A stretch of DNA of 53,194 nucleotides, filler included, from Squatina squatina (Eukaryota): assembly GCA_031763465.1 (NCBI GenBank). It is 2 parts of 2 records of this genome, joined end to end, with 100 filler letters (N's around TTAATTAATTAA, not from the genome) between each part and the next. Parts side by side here need not be neighbours in the genome. Positions count along the whole stretch, not along the records: positions 1 to 29,009 come from JARFOE010000100.1; positions 29,110 to 53,194 come from JARFOE010000001.1. The stretch is one strand, 5' to 3'. Below the pieces are notes generated by a model. It was given only the letters and a program-made list of their open reading frames with translations. It had not been told where the DNA came from and ran no database searches. This document shows, one piece after another, positions 25,113-37,172 of this stretch. A program made the translations under genes and the position numbers. How positions within the stretch are numbered: the stretch's first letter is position 1; each line of letters starts with the position of its first letter.

Positions 25113-25342
25113 CTTGGTTATCCAGCTTCTGCAGGTGTGGCAGGTTCCGCAGGACAGTCATTCTGTATTTGTGGGGGTCTACCCCACAGCAAGGGTTTTC
25201 TGACAACCACAACACTCGTAGGCGGTGCAGCCCCTTCAGGTAGCAGATTTCTGCCAGACTCTGAATATTGTTCTTCCTGAGGTAAAGCTCAGTAATGTTC
25301 TGACAGTATCGGAAATCCACTAAAGAAGAGATGTTGTTCACG
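25113..25342 (-). CDS. CFAP410: CFAP410 LRR/LRRcap exon (230 nt)
   Basis: [66 protein letters not shown], with AG/GT boundaries. Confidence 0.93.
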
Positions 25343-26419
25343 CTGCGGGGAAAAAAAAAGAACAAATTTTAACCCTCTGCATCAAACAAGAAAACTCTCA
25401 GAACTGCCTACTTAGGAAAACAATCCCCTCCTCTACCAACCCTCAATGGGGCTGGTTTCCTCATTGGCTCCAGTAACTGATACCTCAATCAAGTAGCTGT
25501 TCTTCTTCAACAATGAGGGTTGCCAATAACACAACTTTGAAGGGCATCTCAGTCAAGCCCAATTCTGTGCTACAAGATAGTGATCCTGGCCCATTCTGTG
25601 CTCCACAATATTGACCCTGGCTCATTCTGTGCTCCAGGATAGAAACACAAAATCATAGAATGGTTACAGAACAGAAGGAGGCCATTCTATGTGTAGCCTT
25701 GCAAATTTTGTGCCTTGAGGTACTTATCCCTTTTGAAAGCCACGACGGAGTCTGCCTCCACCACCCTTCCAGGCAGTGCATTCCAGATCCTAACCACTCA
25801 CTGTGTAAAAAGGTTTTTTATGTCGCCTTTAGTTCTTCTGTGAATCTGTGTCCTCTGATTCTCGACCCATCTGTCAACAGAACAGTTTCTCTCCATCTAC
25901 CCTGTCCAGACCCCTCATGACTTTGAACACCTCAAATCACCTGGTATCGACCTCGGCACTGGTTACAGACTCAAAAACAGCACACCCAGCCCAGTCGACC
26001 CTACAAAGTCCTCCTCACCAACATCTGGGGACTTGTGTCAAAATTGGGAGAGCTGTCCCACAGACTAGTCAAGCAACAGCNNNNNNNNNNNNNNNNNNNN
26101 NNNNNNNNNNNNNNNNNNNNNNNNNNNNNNNNNNNNNNNNNNNNNNNNNNNNNNNNNNNNNNNNNNNNNNNNNNNNNNNNCAGGAAAGAGAGGTGGAGAG
26201 GTTTGGGAGGGAATTCCAGAGCTTAGGGCCTAGATGGCTGAAGGCACGGCCGCCAATCATGGGTTAAAGGGAGTGGGGGATACACAAGAGGTCAGAGTTG
26301 GAGGAACGCAGAGTTGGAGGTAAATTGTAGGGCTGGAGGAGGTTACATAGGTAGGGAGAAATCTCCATAGTGGGTGCATTCACCTGGCCCAATGACTGAC
26401 TCATTTCTCTGTGTTCCAG

Positions 26420-26776
26420 GCCTCCCATCTCCACCAGGCCATGTTTGCAGCTCTTGTTGGCAATAGGCCTGGGTTTGTTGAACTCTTCCTGGAGAACGGG
26501 GTGAAGCTGAGAGAATTTCTCACACCAGAAATCCTTGTCCGACTTTACAACAATATTCCACCCTACACTCTCCTGTACAAGAAGCTCCAGAAAGTGGTGC
26601 AGGGCAAGAAGCAGCCACAGATCAGTGATAAGATGGAGAGCAAAAGAAAGGTGCTCCTTCACCACATCTCCGAGGTCTTGCAGGAGCTGTTGGGTGAATT
26701 CACCGAGCCACTCTACAATCAACCAAAGGTCCTACGGGAGAGAAAAATGTTCAACATCTCACCAATAGAAATAAAT
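26420..26776 (+). CDS. TRPM2: TRPM2(-like) cation channel, N-terminal MHR exon (357 nt)
   Basis: ttccag|ASHLHQAMFAALVGNRPGFVELFLENGVKLREF...LLHHISEVLQELLGEFTEPLY...EIN|gtaagt. Head-to-head with CFAP410 as in human 21q22.3. Confidence 0.8.
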
Positions 26777-26802
26777 GTAAGTAAATGTATAAGCGAATGG
26801 TA

Positions 26803-27118
26803 AACACCCCCAGGGCAGGTACAGCATGGGTTAGATACAGAGCAAAGCTCCCTCGACACTGTCCCATCAAACACTCCCAGGGCAGGTACAGCATGGGTTA
26901 GATACAGAGCAAAGCTCCCACTACACTGTCCATTCAAATACTCCTAGGGCAGACACAGCATGAGTTAGATACAGAGTAAAGCTCCCTCTACACTGTCGCA
27001 TCAAACACTCCCAGGGCAGGTACAGCACGGGTTCGATACAGAGTAAAGCTCCCTCTACATTGTCCCATCAAACACTCCCAGGGCAGGTACAGAACGGGGT
27101 AGATACAGAGTCGCACTC
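26803..27118. repeat. 67-bp tandem repeat, about 4.7 copies, truncated by gap
   Basis: Unit caaacactcccagggcaggtacagcatgggttagatacagagtaaagctccctctacactgtcccat; the cagggcagg core recurs at 26811, 26878, 26945, 27012 and 27079. Confidence 0.95.
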
Positions 27119-27362
27119 NNNNNNNNNNNNNNNNNNNNNNNNNNNNNNNNNNNNNNNNNNNNNNNNNNNNNNNNNNNNNNNNNNNNNNNNNNNNNNNNNN
27201 NNNNNNNNNNNNNNNNNNTTAAACAAATCCAAAAACAGCCAATGAATGCCAAATTTACTTTGCCTAAGTTTGGGAAATAAGTGGAACCAAGTGGCATGAT
27301 CATGCCGTGCGAGTGCAGCATCTCTATTGGTGAAATAGTGTAGGTCCTGATCAACCATGAAC

Positions 27363-28206
27363 TTAGATGTATTTCTGTTTCCTCAAAAAGAAGACACAAG
27401 CAGCGAGCAGCAAAATTACCAAAATCGCCAGAATGGAGAACCACCATGGAGACACTGGCTCCAGCTTCCTCACCACGCGAAGGTGTCCAGGGCCGTCCGA
27501 CTGCAGCTTCACCTCAGTTTGTTTCCGCCCAATTGATGAAAGAACAATGTTGACACCTAGTACCCCAATATCATCTTCCCAATCGACAACCTTGGTAACA
27601 TTGAACACCTCATGAGGTGGGATGAGTACTTCCTNNNNNNNNNNGGAAAGGTTTTGGATGGCAACACCATGCGATGTAGTGATGTTAAAGAGTGTGTTAC
27701 TGGCCTTTTCCTCATCTGTGAATGTTGAGACTGACTGCATCGCGTTCAATGATGTTGAAGCAAACTGCCCGAAACGGATATTTGCTCCTTCGCTGACCAG
27801 CACCCTTCTATCCATTCCTCTGTAGACCTGTGTGCCTGGATCAGGACCCCAAGAACTGTTGTGTAGTAGACTCAGAGCTACAGATAAAAGATAGTGCAGA
27901 CTCTTGTAGTGGAAACATTCTGAATATATTTCATCATTTGCGCCATAGTTTCTAATAGCTTTATTGAAATATCTGTATAGAGGTGGGCGGTCTAAGGTGT
28001 AGCACAGAATTGCTATGACGTGCTCCTCCAGCAGACCATCATCTTCCTCCCCCTTACTTTGTTCAGGTGATATTATTGTAGGTTTCACTTTCTGTGCCAG
28101 CTGGTGGAATTGACTTCTGAACTTCTTCTTGACCCCCGTACTCCAGGTCTCTAATCTGCTGATCAGTTTTAATTGAGAGTTTGCTGTGTCGTTGGACATC
28201 TGATGT
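27363..28206 (-). CDS. Ecto-ADP-ribosyltransferase (ARTC family), 5' end lost in gap
   Basis: HVIAILCYT, YRYFNKAIR, FHYKSLHYLLS.AL, and the R-S-E triad (VYRG / FGQFASTSLN / xEVLIPP.EVFNV). Ends in a hydrophobic helix plus RKQK. Confidence 0.9.
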
Positions 28207-29053
28207 NNNNNNNNNNNNNNNNNNNNNNNNNNNNNNNNNNNNNNNNNNNNNNNNNNNNNNNNNNNNNNNNNNNNNNNNNNNNNNNNNNNNNNNNNNNNNN
28301 NNNNNNGGACTAAGAGAGGGAAAAAAGAGAAAGTAAGAACAAGGAGTTATTTACATAGTGCTTAAACCTCCAAAACAAGAGCCATGGTCACAATGAAATC
28401 TCTCTCTTTATTAAAGCTGTTACAGACAAAACCTCTACTTGTTTGTATCAGAGAACCAACTTTGGACAGATGTGGAGTGAGGACCTGCACAAGCCAGGCT
28501 GATGGGAGCCGCTCACTGCAATCCTCTGATCACACTGTTCTCTCGATAGTGGTACAGGCTGGTAGAATCCAGTTTCCCACAGTGCTTAATCGCTTCAGCA
28601 AAAAGTTTCGCCACCTGAAAGGGTACAGGAGGGGATCAGTAACATCTTCAAATGAAACACACATACGTGGGCAGCTTGTACACTTGGGTGCATCCTGGGG
28701 ACATTGAAGATGGACATTGAAATGGGTGTGAGAGGAAACAGCAAGTGCCATTTAGGGGATCGATGTTAGACTGCGTGGAGTGACCTTGGGATTGGTGCTA
28801 GGGTCTCTACTGTTTCTGATCCAGTGACACCAATTCAGACGGCCTGCAGAGTCTGATGAAACAGCCAAGGGTTACTGAAGGACCTCGACAATATTTACCA
28901 ATGGGCAGAACAATGACAGATAAAATTCAATAAAAGTGTATGTAATGTAATCCTACACATTGGAAGCAAAATTTGGAAATGTAATTAATGGTGTGAAATT
29001 AAATAGGGGNNNNNNNNNNNNNNNNNNNNNNNNNNNNNNNNNNNNNNNNNNNN

Positions 29054-29065
29054 TTAATTAATTAA
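29054..29065. other. Artificial six-frame-stop contig linker TTAATTAATTAA
   Basis: 12-mer centred in a 100-nt gap (44 N on each side), palindromic, with stops in all six frames. Confidence 0.9.
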
Positions 29066-32000
29066 NNNNNNNNNNNNNNNNNNNNNNNNNNNNNNNNNNN
29101 NNNNNNNNNTCCCCTTAGTGAATATGAACAGTCATTTTGCAATACTTCAGGAGACTAAACACAAATTTTTGTCCCTATGGTCAAAAGCTGAAGCATATTT
29201 GACATCAATGAGCAAGATATGCACTTTCAAATAAAAGCTATCAACTTACATTTAGAAATGCTATTACTGTCAATAAACATAAATGAAAAAAAAAATTACC
29301 AGTTTTTAAAAAAACTAAAGAATAAAGACATGATTACCTGAATAACTAGAAGTACCACTCATTGAGCCAGCACAAAGCCTCGTAGCTACGTTTGCAAAAA
29401 CCACTGACAAGGGATGAGAGATTGCAGCTGGGGGAGACCGAGATCATAGTTGGGGAGCTCAAAAGCAGACCAAGTAAACACGTTGGAAACAATTCTCTTT
29501 GAGCACAGGTGGAAAAATGGCAGTTGCAGATCAGCTGTCTGATTTTAACCAGCCGAAATCAGCACCAACAGGTTGGCAACGGTTTCAAAATAGGGTCAGT
29601 AGACTTATCGTCCCATTAACTCCACCGCCGTTGTTAAAAGGATCGTCCCTTGGGCGGCCTTCCTCTTTACTATGCAAATTAGAGTCCTTGGATATAATTA
29701 AGGCCCCAATTGCAATTTTCACTTGGGTGAAGCGAGATCCATACTTGGATGCTCCAAAACCGGTAACAGGAAAGCTTCTGGGCCATACTTTTGTGGAGCC
29801 AGAATGACCACATAAATACAATGGGTTGTTGCCAGCCCAGGTATGCCCCTCTCCGTTTCACCTCCTCCTCATAGGACCTAGACACAGGACAGCGGTGCCT
29901 TCGAGCTGCCTGATATTGTGCCAGCGAGCTTCAGGCGGGCACCCTTTCAGGGCAAGCAGCTTTCTAGTGGCATGTTAAGAGACTGGCCCTCCAGTCAGGG
30001 ATCACTCTGCTGGCCGGCAATGATAATGCCACGCATTAGTGTGTGTATAATATATTCATCGTATTATAGATTTACTTTTTGGTCACTAGTATCTGTTCTG
30101 GTATCTGATTCTTATAGCTGTTTCTTAAAGACTTCAAGTTAAACCTGCCCATTAGTTAGCTAACTATTCTTCTGTCCGTCTCATTTGGATTCCAGTTTCT
30201 TCCCTACCCGCCCACCCATCTCCTTTAATTAATTTAACTGAATTTTAACAGCTGCTTGAATGTTCCTCACAAATGTCATTGCGTAGGTGCAAATCATCTG
30301 TTCTGTTCTAGTTCCTTTTTGTTCCCGTTATGAAAATGGCTCGTTGGTCACTTATTTATATATCCTCAGTTTTCTTGAACTCTCCTTTTTCTCCGAGCAC
30401 CAGAAGACATTACTTTACATCCCCAATAAGTTTGAGGCAATCATTGCTTATATGAATTTTAAAGCTTTTATATGATTTATTTCCCTGTTAGAACATAGAA
30501 AATAGGTGCAGAAGTAGGCCATTCGGCCCTTCGAGCCTGCACCGCCATTCAATATGATCATGGCTGATCATTCAACTCCGTACCCCGTACCTGCTTTCTC
30601 TCCATATCCCCTGATTCCTTTAGCCATAAGGGCCACATCTCACTCCCTTTTGAATATAGCTAATGATTACCCTGGTAAAATAAGTGGGTTAACAGTGCGA
30701 CTGAAATAACAGGGGGAGATTTCTTTTTGCTACCACTGGAGTCTTCCTCAATTCATGTCTGGGTCTGTTGTGTAGTTAGGGATAGAGATTTATTGCTATG
30801 ATTAGTCAACAACTCCATTATTGTTGTATCATGCAACTACCAGGATGGTAGAAGGCGAACTAGATGGACCAGTCTTTTTTCATCAAGCAAATTCAATGTT
30901 CCTATTGGCCCTGTCCATCTGAAAGACTCTGTTGCATTACACCCAGTGGGCATTACCCACTGTTGGAAAAGCTTGGAATTTCAACTCATTTTAACTTACT
31001 GAAAATTGGGAGCACGGAGTTATAATGGCAGCTGTGTCAATGTAAACAAACATAATGCCTTGATATGAGTTTATGAAGGCAAAATTACTAATAGGAGAAT
31101 GCTATCATTTAATATTCCGTGAAATTAGTTTTTTTTGGAGTGGTACTTCTTCCTCACATCTATTCCTGGTATTTTTCTTAAAAATAAATCAAATATTGCA
31201 GTTAATAAATAAAATGATATATTGGGTAAGCTTTTTTGCATTCATGTGAAATAAAGGAGCCTTTAGTAGAAACTACTGGAGCACTCCTGCTAACCCCAAT
31301 ATTACAGAAAGTGAGGCAGGAGTTTTCTACAGGCAACTCAGAATAAAGTAGCAAATCATTAACTCCTTTTTTCAAAACTGAATAATCCATGTAGCTGATC
31401 TACTTACAGTATGACACTAGCAGCGTAATTTTATATAACATGTGGGAATAACTGGTAGAAAGTGATTGTAGATTTTTCATATGTTGTGAATTATGTAAAA
31501 CCTAATGTTTACCCTCGTAATTGCATTTTAAAACTTAGGTTTACTTACATGATTGAAGAAATACTGAAGCTGTTCATTTGCCAAATTAATACACATCTGT
31601 TCATATCTGTTAACTGCAAAATTTTCAAATCCAAAAATGTCTAGTATACCTAAAAAAAATTCAACAGCAATTAAATAAGATAAGATAGTTTTTTTTTACA
31701 GTTGTAGGAATGTGCCTGTTGCTCGTGAGAGGAGCTGACTGCAGTCATAAATCTGCTGATGGGATCAGAACCGAGGTCTGGAAAATGCGATGAGAAAGAA
31801 AACAGTAACTGCTCCGATAAAGCCGACAGCTGTTTAATTCTCTAACTGCACTGGGAGTCCTCAGCTCTCCCGACAATCCTCTTTCTGAAGACAGTAGTCA
31901 GCATTCCTTTGATTTATGAGTGCGATTCTGGAGAGGTAGAACGAGAATCAGCTGCTGCGCGAAACCTCTTCCCCAGATAACCTCTGGGTCCCCGAGATTA

Positions 32001-32663
32001 GCGCCGGCTCTGTTTGCACAATTGGCGAGGGTGCAGAGGAGATTCACCACAATGATACCAGGGATGAGGGAACTTTAGTTATGTGGCGAGAAGCTGGAAT
32101 GCCTTATAACAGGAAAGGCTGAGGGGAGACTCAACAGAGGTGTTCAAAATGATGAGAGGTTTGACAGAGTAAATAGGGAAAAAACTGTTCCCACTGGCAG
32201 GAGGGTCGGTAACTAGAGGACACAGATTTAAGATAATTGACCAAATGAACCTTGGGTGGAGATGAGAAGTTGTTGTGATCTGGAACGCGCTGCCTGAAAG
32301 GGCGGTGGAAGCAGATTNNNNNNNNNNNNNNNNNNNNNNNNNNNNNNNNNNNNNNNNNNNNNNNNNNNNNNNNNNNNNNNNNNNNNNNNNNNNNNNNNNN
32401 NNNNNNNNNNNNNNNNNCACAGCTTACAACCTCCCAACAATCTAACATGTGCTGTTGGGGATCTTTCAGATTCAGATCACTCCTTAACTCTCAGCTCAAA
32501 GCATTAATACTGGAATTTTAAGCAATTATGGAACATAAACAAAATTGCTAAAAAACAAATCGAGCCTGTGCCTTTGAGAGTTCTACTAGAATAATCTTCT
32601 TCAACTTGACAATAAAGAACAAAGTAAAGACGCATGTGGTGAGCTACTGAGATAAAATGTTAC

Positions 32664-32817
32664 CTGTAGAACTTAGGGTCCAAAAGACCATAGACTTCCT
32701 GGTCAGCAGATATTCCAGCAAACATATAGTAGAAAATATGGAAGTTTCTCTCGCCTTCATCCTGGCGCACAACTCGGGATTTCTCCAACAGGTATTCATT
32801 GATTTTAGCACCTTTCA
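32664..32817 (-). CDS. Unconventional myosin motor-domain exon
   Basis: tttcacccag|[51 protein letters not shown](R)|gtaac. Confidence 0.92.
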
Positions 32818-33839
32818 CTGGGTGAAAGTAAAGTACCAAGTTACACATAATTGCGCTGAATATCCAAGTCATTGGATGGAATCAGACAGTATTCCTATTT
32901 AATCATAAACCATAGCTATTGAGACAACCTAGTCACCATCCCTGACCAGCTCAGTTTTTCCTCTGCTTACCTCAGCTGTTGGGGCAGTGACCGCTGAAGG
33001 AAATCACAACTGAAATAAGTTATTAAAAGCACAAAACCACGCAATTACCGCATGGCCATAGTAAGCAGGGGAAAATCAGTGTGGGAGGCCAAGAGGTAAT
33101 TTCTCTCTTGGGTGCACTTGTCATACAAATGCTCAACAGCAAGTCTGTAGTTGGATTTTATTTAAGAGTTTGCCTCACACATAATTATTTGACTTAGGGA
33201 AAATTAGATTTACTTCAATAATTATATTTAGTATAAATTTATTAGAAATGATTACATGAATTATTACAACTTATTTTTTATACTAAATAATGTCCGCANN
33301 NNNNNNNNNNNNNNNNNNNNNNNNNNNNNNNNNNNNNNNNNNNNNNNNNNNNNNNNNNNNNNNNNNNNNNNNNNNNNNNNNNNNNNNNNNNNNNNNNNTT
33401 TTTTAAATGGTTTTCTAGAAACTAACATGCTTTTTCTGTTCTTTAAACCTTTTTCACATAGCTTTTGAGTTAGTAAGTTTTCAAAATATGATTTTGTATT
33501 TTCTGTTGGTTTTATGTTTTACAGCGCAGTCCATTGTTACTTTGTCATGTTTACCAATCTAGGCTATTTTCACTGTCACTTGAGCTTGGTTACCTTCCTT
33601 AGATTCCTGAGATTTTCAAGACGAGTATTTTCTTCAAAGACAACACACTCCTCCTTGGGACTCAATTAAAACAGCCCCATAAACTGCTCCCAGGCTTTTG
33701 CCAACATTCTTTTGTTGATAGCCACTATCATCATCTTCTTAGGCAGTTCCTTGAAGATGCCTTGCTTCTTCTCCAGTAGTGTAGGTTCTGAGGTGACTAA
33801 ATAATCCTATACAGGATCCGCAGACTCTGCCAGAGTGCT

Positions 33840-34610
33840 TTTTTCGGGAGTCTCGTGTCAGGCATGCGGAAGATGTGGCCCACCTATTGCAGCTGATTTG
33901 AGCGTGGTCAGTGCCTCGATGCTGGGGATGTTGGCCTGAGAGAGGATACTGATAATGCTATGCCTATCCTTCCAGTGGATTTGCAGATTTTTGCAGAGGC
34001 AACATTGGTGATACTTCTCCAGTGTTTTGAGGTGTCTACTGTACATTGTCCATGTCTCCGACACATTCAGAAGGGTGGGTATCACTGCTGCCCTGTAGAC
34101 CATGAGCTTGGTGCTGGGTTTGAAGTCTTGGTCTTCAAACACACTTTTCCTCAGGCAGCTGAAGGCTGTTCTGGCACACTGGAAGCGGTGTTAGATTCCA
34201 TCGTTGATGTCTGCCCTCGCTGAGTGGAGGCTCCCAACGTATGGAAAGTGGTCCACGTTGTCCAAGGTCTCGCTGTGGATCTTGANNNNNNNNNNNNNNN
34301 NNNNNNNNNNNNNNNNNNNNNNNNNNNNNNNNNNNNNNNNNNNNNNNNNNNNNNNNNNNNNNNNNNNNNNNNNNNNNNNNNNNNNCTGTAAACCATGAGC
34401 TTGGTGCTGGGTTTGAGGTCTTGATCTTCAAACGCTCTTGTCCTCAGGCGGCCGAAGGCTGTGCTGACACACTGGAGACTGTGTTCGATTTCATCATCTG
34501 TCTTCCCTCACTGAGAGGAGGCTCCCAAGGTATGGAAAGTGATCCATGTTGTCCAGGGCCTCGCCGTGGATCGTGATAATCGGAGGGCAGTGTTGTGCGG
34601 CGGGAGCAGT
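33840..34610 (-). mobile_element. RTE-clade LINE, post-RT region (two overlapping copies either side of a gap)
   Basis: HFPYLGSLLS, VFEDQD.KPSTKLMVYRAAVIPTLL..SETWTMYSRHLK.LEKYHQ.CL.K.LQI.W.DR. Confidence 0.85.
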
Positions 34611-34709
34611 TTCGCGAAAGGCCCATTCTCTCATATCCCACTCCTCCTGTAGATTAGCTCCATTCCAGCAGGGAGCTTCATGGAGATGGGGTGGAGCTTT
34701 GCTGCAAGC

Positions 34710-35590
34710 CCAACATTAGGTTGAAAAGGCCATCCGACAGCTGAAAAACAACAAAAGCCTCCAGCGCAGACGAAATCCCCGCTGAAATACTAAAATATGG
34801 CGGAGAGACACACTTGGCACGAATCCATGACCTCATCTCCCTTATCTGAAAGGAGGAGAGCATGCCAGAGGATCACAGAGACAATGTAATCGCTACCATT
34901 TTCAAGAAAGGAGACAAGTCCAATTGCGGAAACTACAGAGGGGTCTGCCGCCACAGGTAAGGTCATCACAAGAATCCTCCTCAACCAACTCCTCTCAGTT
35001 GCTGAAGAGCTCCTCCCAGAGTCACAATGTGATTCCGCCCGTCAAGAGGCACAATGGACATGATCTTCAGTGTGTGGCAAGTCCAAGAAAAATGCAGAGA
35101 GTAGCATCAACCTCTCCAACCTCTACATGGCCTTCTTTGACTTCCCAAAGGCCTTCGACTCTGTTAACCAGGATGGATTATGGAGTGTTATTCTCAAATT
35201 TGGCTGCCCGCAAGAATTCGTCACCAACCTCCGCCTGCTCCACGATGACGTAAGCTGTGATCCTCACCAACCGATCCACCACAGACCCAATACAAGTGCA
35301 AACTGGGGCCAAGCAAGGCTGCGTCATCATACCAATCCTCTTCTCCATCTTCCTCTCCATGACACTTCACCCTCTCTAAGAAGCTTCCTGCTGGATTGGA
35401 GCTAATCTACAGGATGAGCTAGAAAGTGTTCAACCTCCGTCGCCTCCAGTCCAGAAACAAGACCACCCCAACCTCTATCATCGAGTTGCAGTATGCAGAC
35501 AATGCTTGCGTGTGTGCACACTTGGAGGCTGAGCTCCAAATCATCATTGATTCATTCACAGAGGCGTACAAGAGAATAGGCCTTATGTTA
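34710..35590 (+). mobile_element. RTE-clade LINE RT region, followed by a CR1 fragment (35590-35667)
   Basis: KAIRQLKNNKAS.AD.IPAE, IFKKGDKSNCGNYRG, YMAFFDF.KAFDSVN..GLW....KFGCP, ELQYADNAC. Confidence 0.88.
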
Positions 35591-37069
35591 AACTTAAAGA
35601 AAGGTAACTTCGATGGTATGAGACGTGGGTTGGCTGGGATAGACTGGCGAATGATACTTGAAGGGTTNNNNNNNNNNNNNNNNNNNNNNNNNNNNNNNNN
35701 NNNNNNNNNNNNNNNNNNNNNNNNNNNNNNNNNNNNNNNNNNNNNNNNNNNNNNNNNNNNNNNNNNNNNNNNNNNNNNNNNNNNNNNNNNNNNNNNNNNN
35801 NNNNNNNNNNNNNNNNNNNNNNNNNNNNNNNNNNNNNNNNNNNNNNNNNNNNNNNNNNNNNNNNNNNNNNNNNNNNNNNNNNNNNNNNNNNNNNNNNNNN
35901 NNNNNNNNNNNNNNNNNNNNNNNNNNNNNNNNNNNNNNNNNNNNNNNNNNNNNNNNNNNNNNNNNNNNNNNNNNNNNNNNNNNNNNNNNNNNNNNNNNNN
36001 NNNNNNNNNNNNNNNNNNNNNNNNNNNNNNNNNNNNNNNNNNNNNNNNNNNNNNNNNNNNNNNNNNNNNNNNNNNNNNNNNNNNNNNNNNNNNNNNNNNN
36101 NNNNNNNNNNNNNNNNNNNNNNNNNNNNNNNNNNNNNNNNNNNNNNNNNNNNNNNNNNNNNNNNNNNNNNNNNNNNNNNNNNNNNNNNNNNNNNNNNNNN
36201 NNNNNNNNNNNNNNNNNNNNNNNNNNNNNNNNNNNNNNNNNNNNNNNNNNNNNNNNNNNNNNNNNNNNNNNNNNNNNNNNNNNNNNNNNNNNNNNNNNNN
36301 NNNNNNNNNNNNNNNNNNNNNNNNNNNNNNNNNNNNNNNNNNNNNNNNNNNNNNNNNNNNNNNNNNNNNNNNNNNNNNNNNNNNNNNNNNNNNNNNNNNN
36401 NNNNNNNNNNNNNNNNNNNNNNNNNNNNNNNNNNNNNNNNNNNNNNNNNNNNNNNNNNNNNNNNNNNNNNNNNNNNNNNNNNNNNNNNNNNNNNNNNNNN
36501 NNNNNNNNNNNNNNNNNNNNNNNNNNNNNNNNNNNNNNNNNNNNNNNNNNNNNNNNNNNNNNNNNNNNNNNNNNNNNNNNNNNNNNNNNNNNNNNNNNNN
36601 NNNNNNNNNNNNNNNNNNNNNNNNNNNNNCACCTTTATCATGGATTGCCAGTCAAAATGACTCGATTAAAAGGAAATCATGTGAACTAATATTTCAAGGT
36701 AAGGCTTTCAACCTTCTTGTAGTTTATATATGTTTTTGTCATGTTGAAGCCTCTGATAAAAGATTTAATATTCGTACCAGACCACCCGGTGCTTGTAGTC
36801 ACGTTGAATTGGAATATAAACATTACAGTCTCTGAAACAATTTGAAATATACAGTTTTGAGCTGCACGAATATCACTGAGGGGAAAAAAAAACAGCTGAA
36901 AAGTTGACCGTGCTGGTTAACTCATCTACATGTCTACTTGCCAAGTATACAGAGGAAATTTCAATTGGTCAACATTGCTCTCAATCTGGGTTTACCAAAG
37001 GACTTAGTTCTGGTCTGGGGAGGGGAAGCAATCTGTCAAGCAGCTGAGCCGTTGTTGTTGCTTTCTTAC

Positions 37070-37172
37070 CTGCAGAACCTGTTGTTCTAATTGAGAATTT
37101 CCTTTGCAGAGCTCCATGATCTGTCGCAGCAGGAGCTTGGTGCTTTCAGTTTTCCCAGCGCCACTTTCCCCA
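37070..37172 (-). CDS. Unconventional myosin P-loop exon (not in ORF track)
   Basis: ccaacag|(S)GESGAGKTESTKLLLRQIMELCKGNSQLEQQVLQ|gtaag, 103 nt. Same strand and correct order relative to the 32664-32817 exon. Confidence 0.93.

Noticed and set aside
26803-27118. 67-bp repeat as a CRISPR array or coding repeat
   Set aside because: Whole units are near-identical with no spacers; intronic satellite-like repeat.
29499-30142. Several short overlapping ORFs in a GC-richer segment
   Set aside because: No recognisable motif or clean splice boundaries; probably a decayed repeat.
34097-34575. Apparent tandem duplication of an RTE segment
   Set aside because: The two copies are diverged and sit at contig ends either side of a gap; probably independent insertions of the same family.
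35426-36835. Long ORFs of 343-469 aa
   Set aside because: They read through an N gap; the real parts are LINE fragments.
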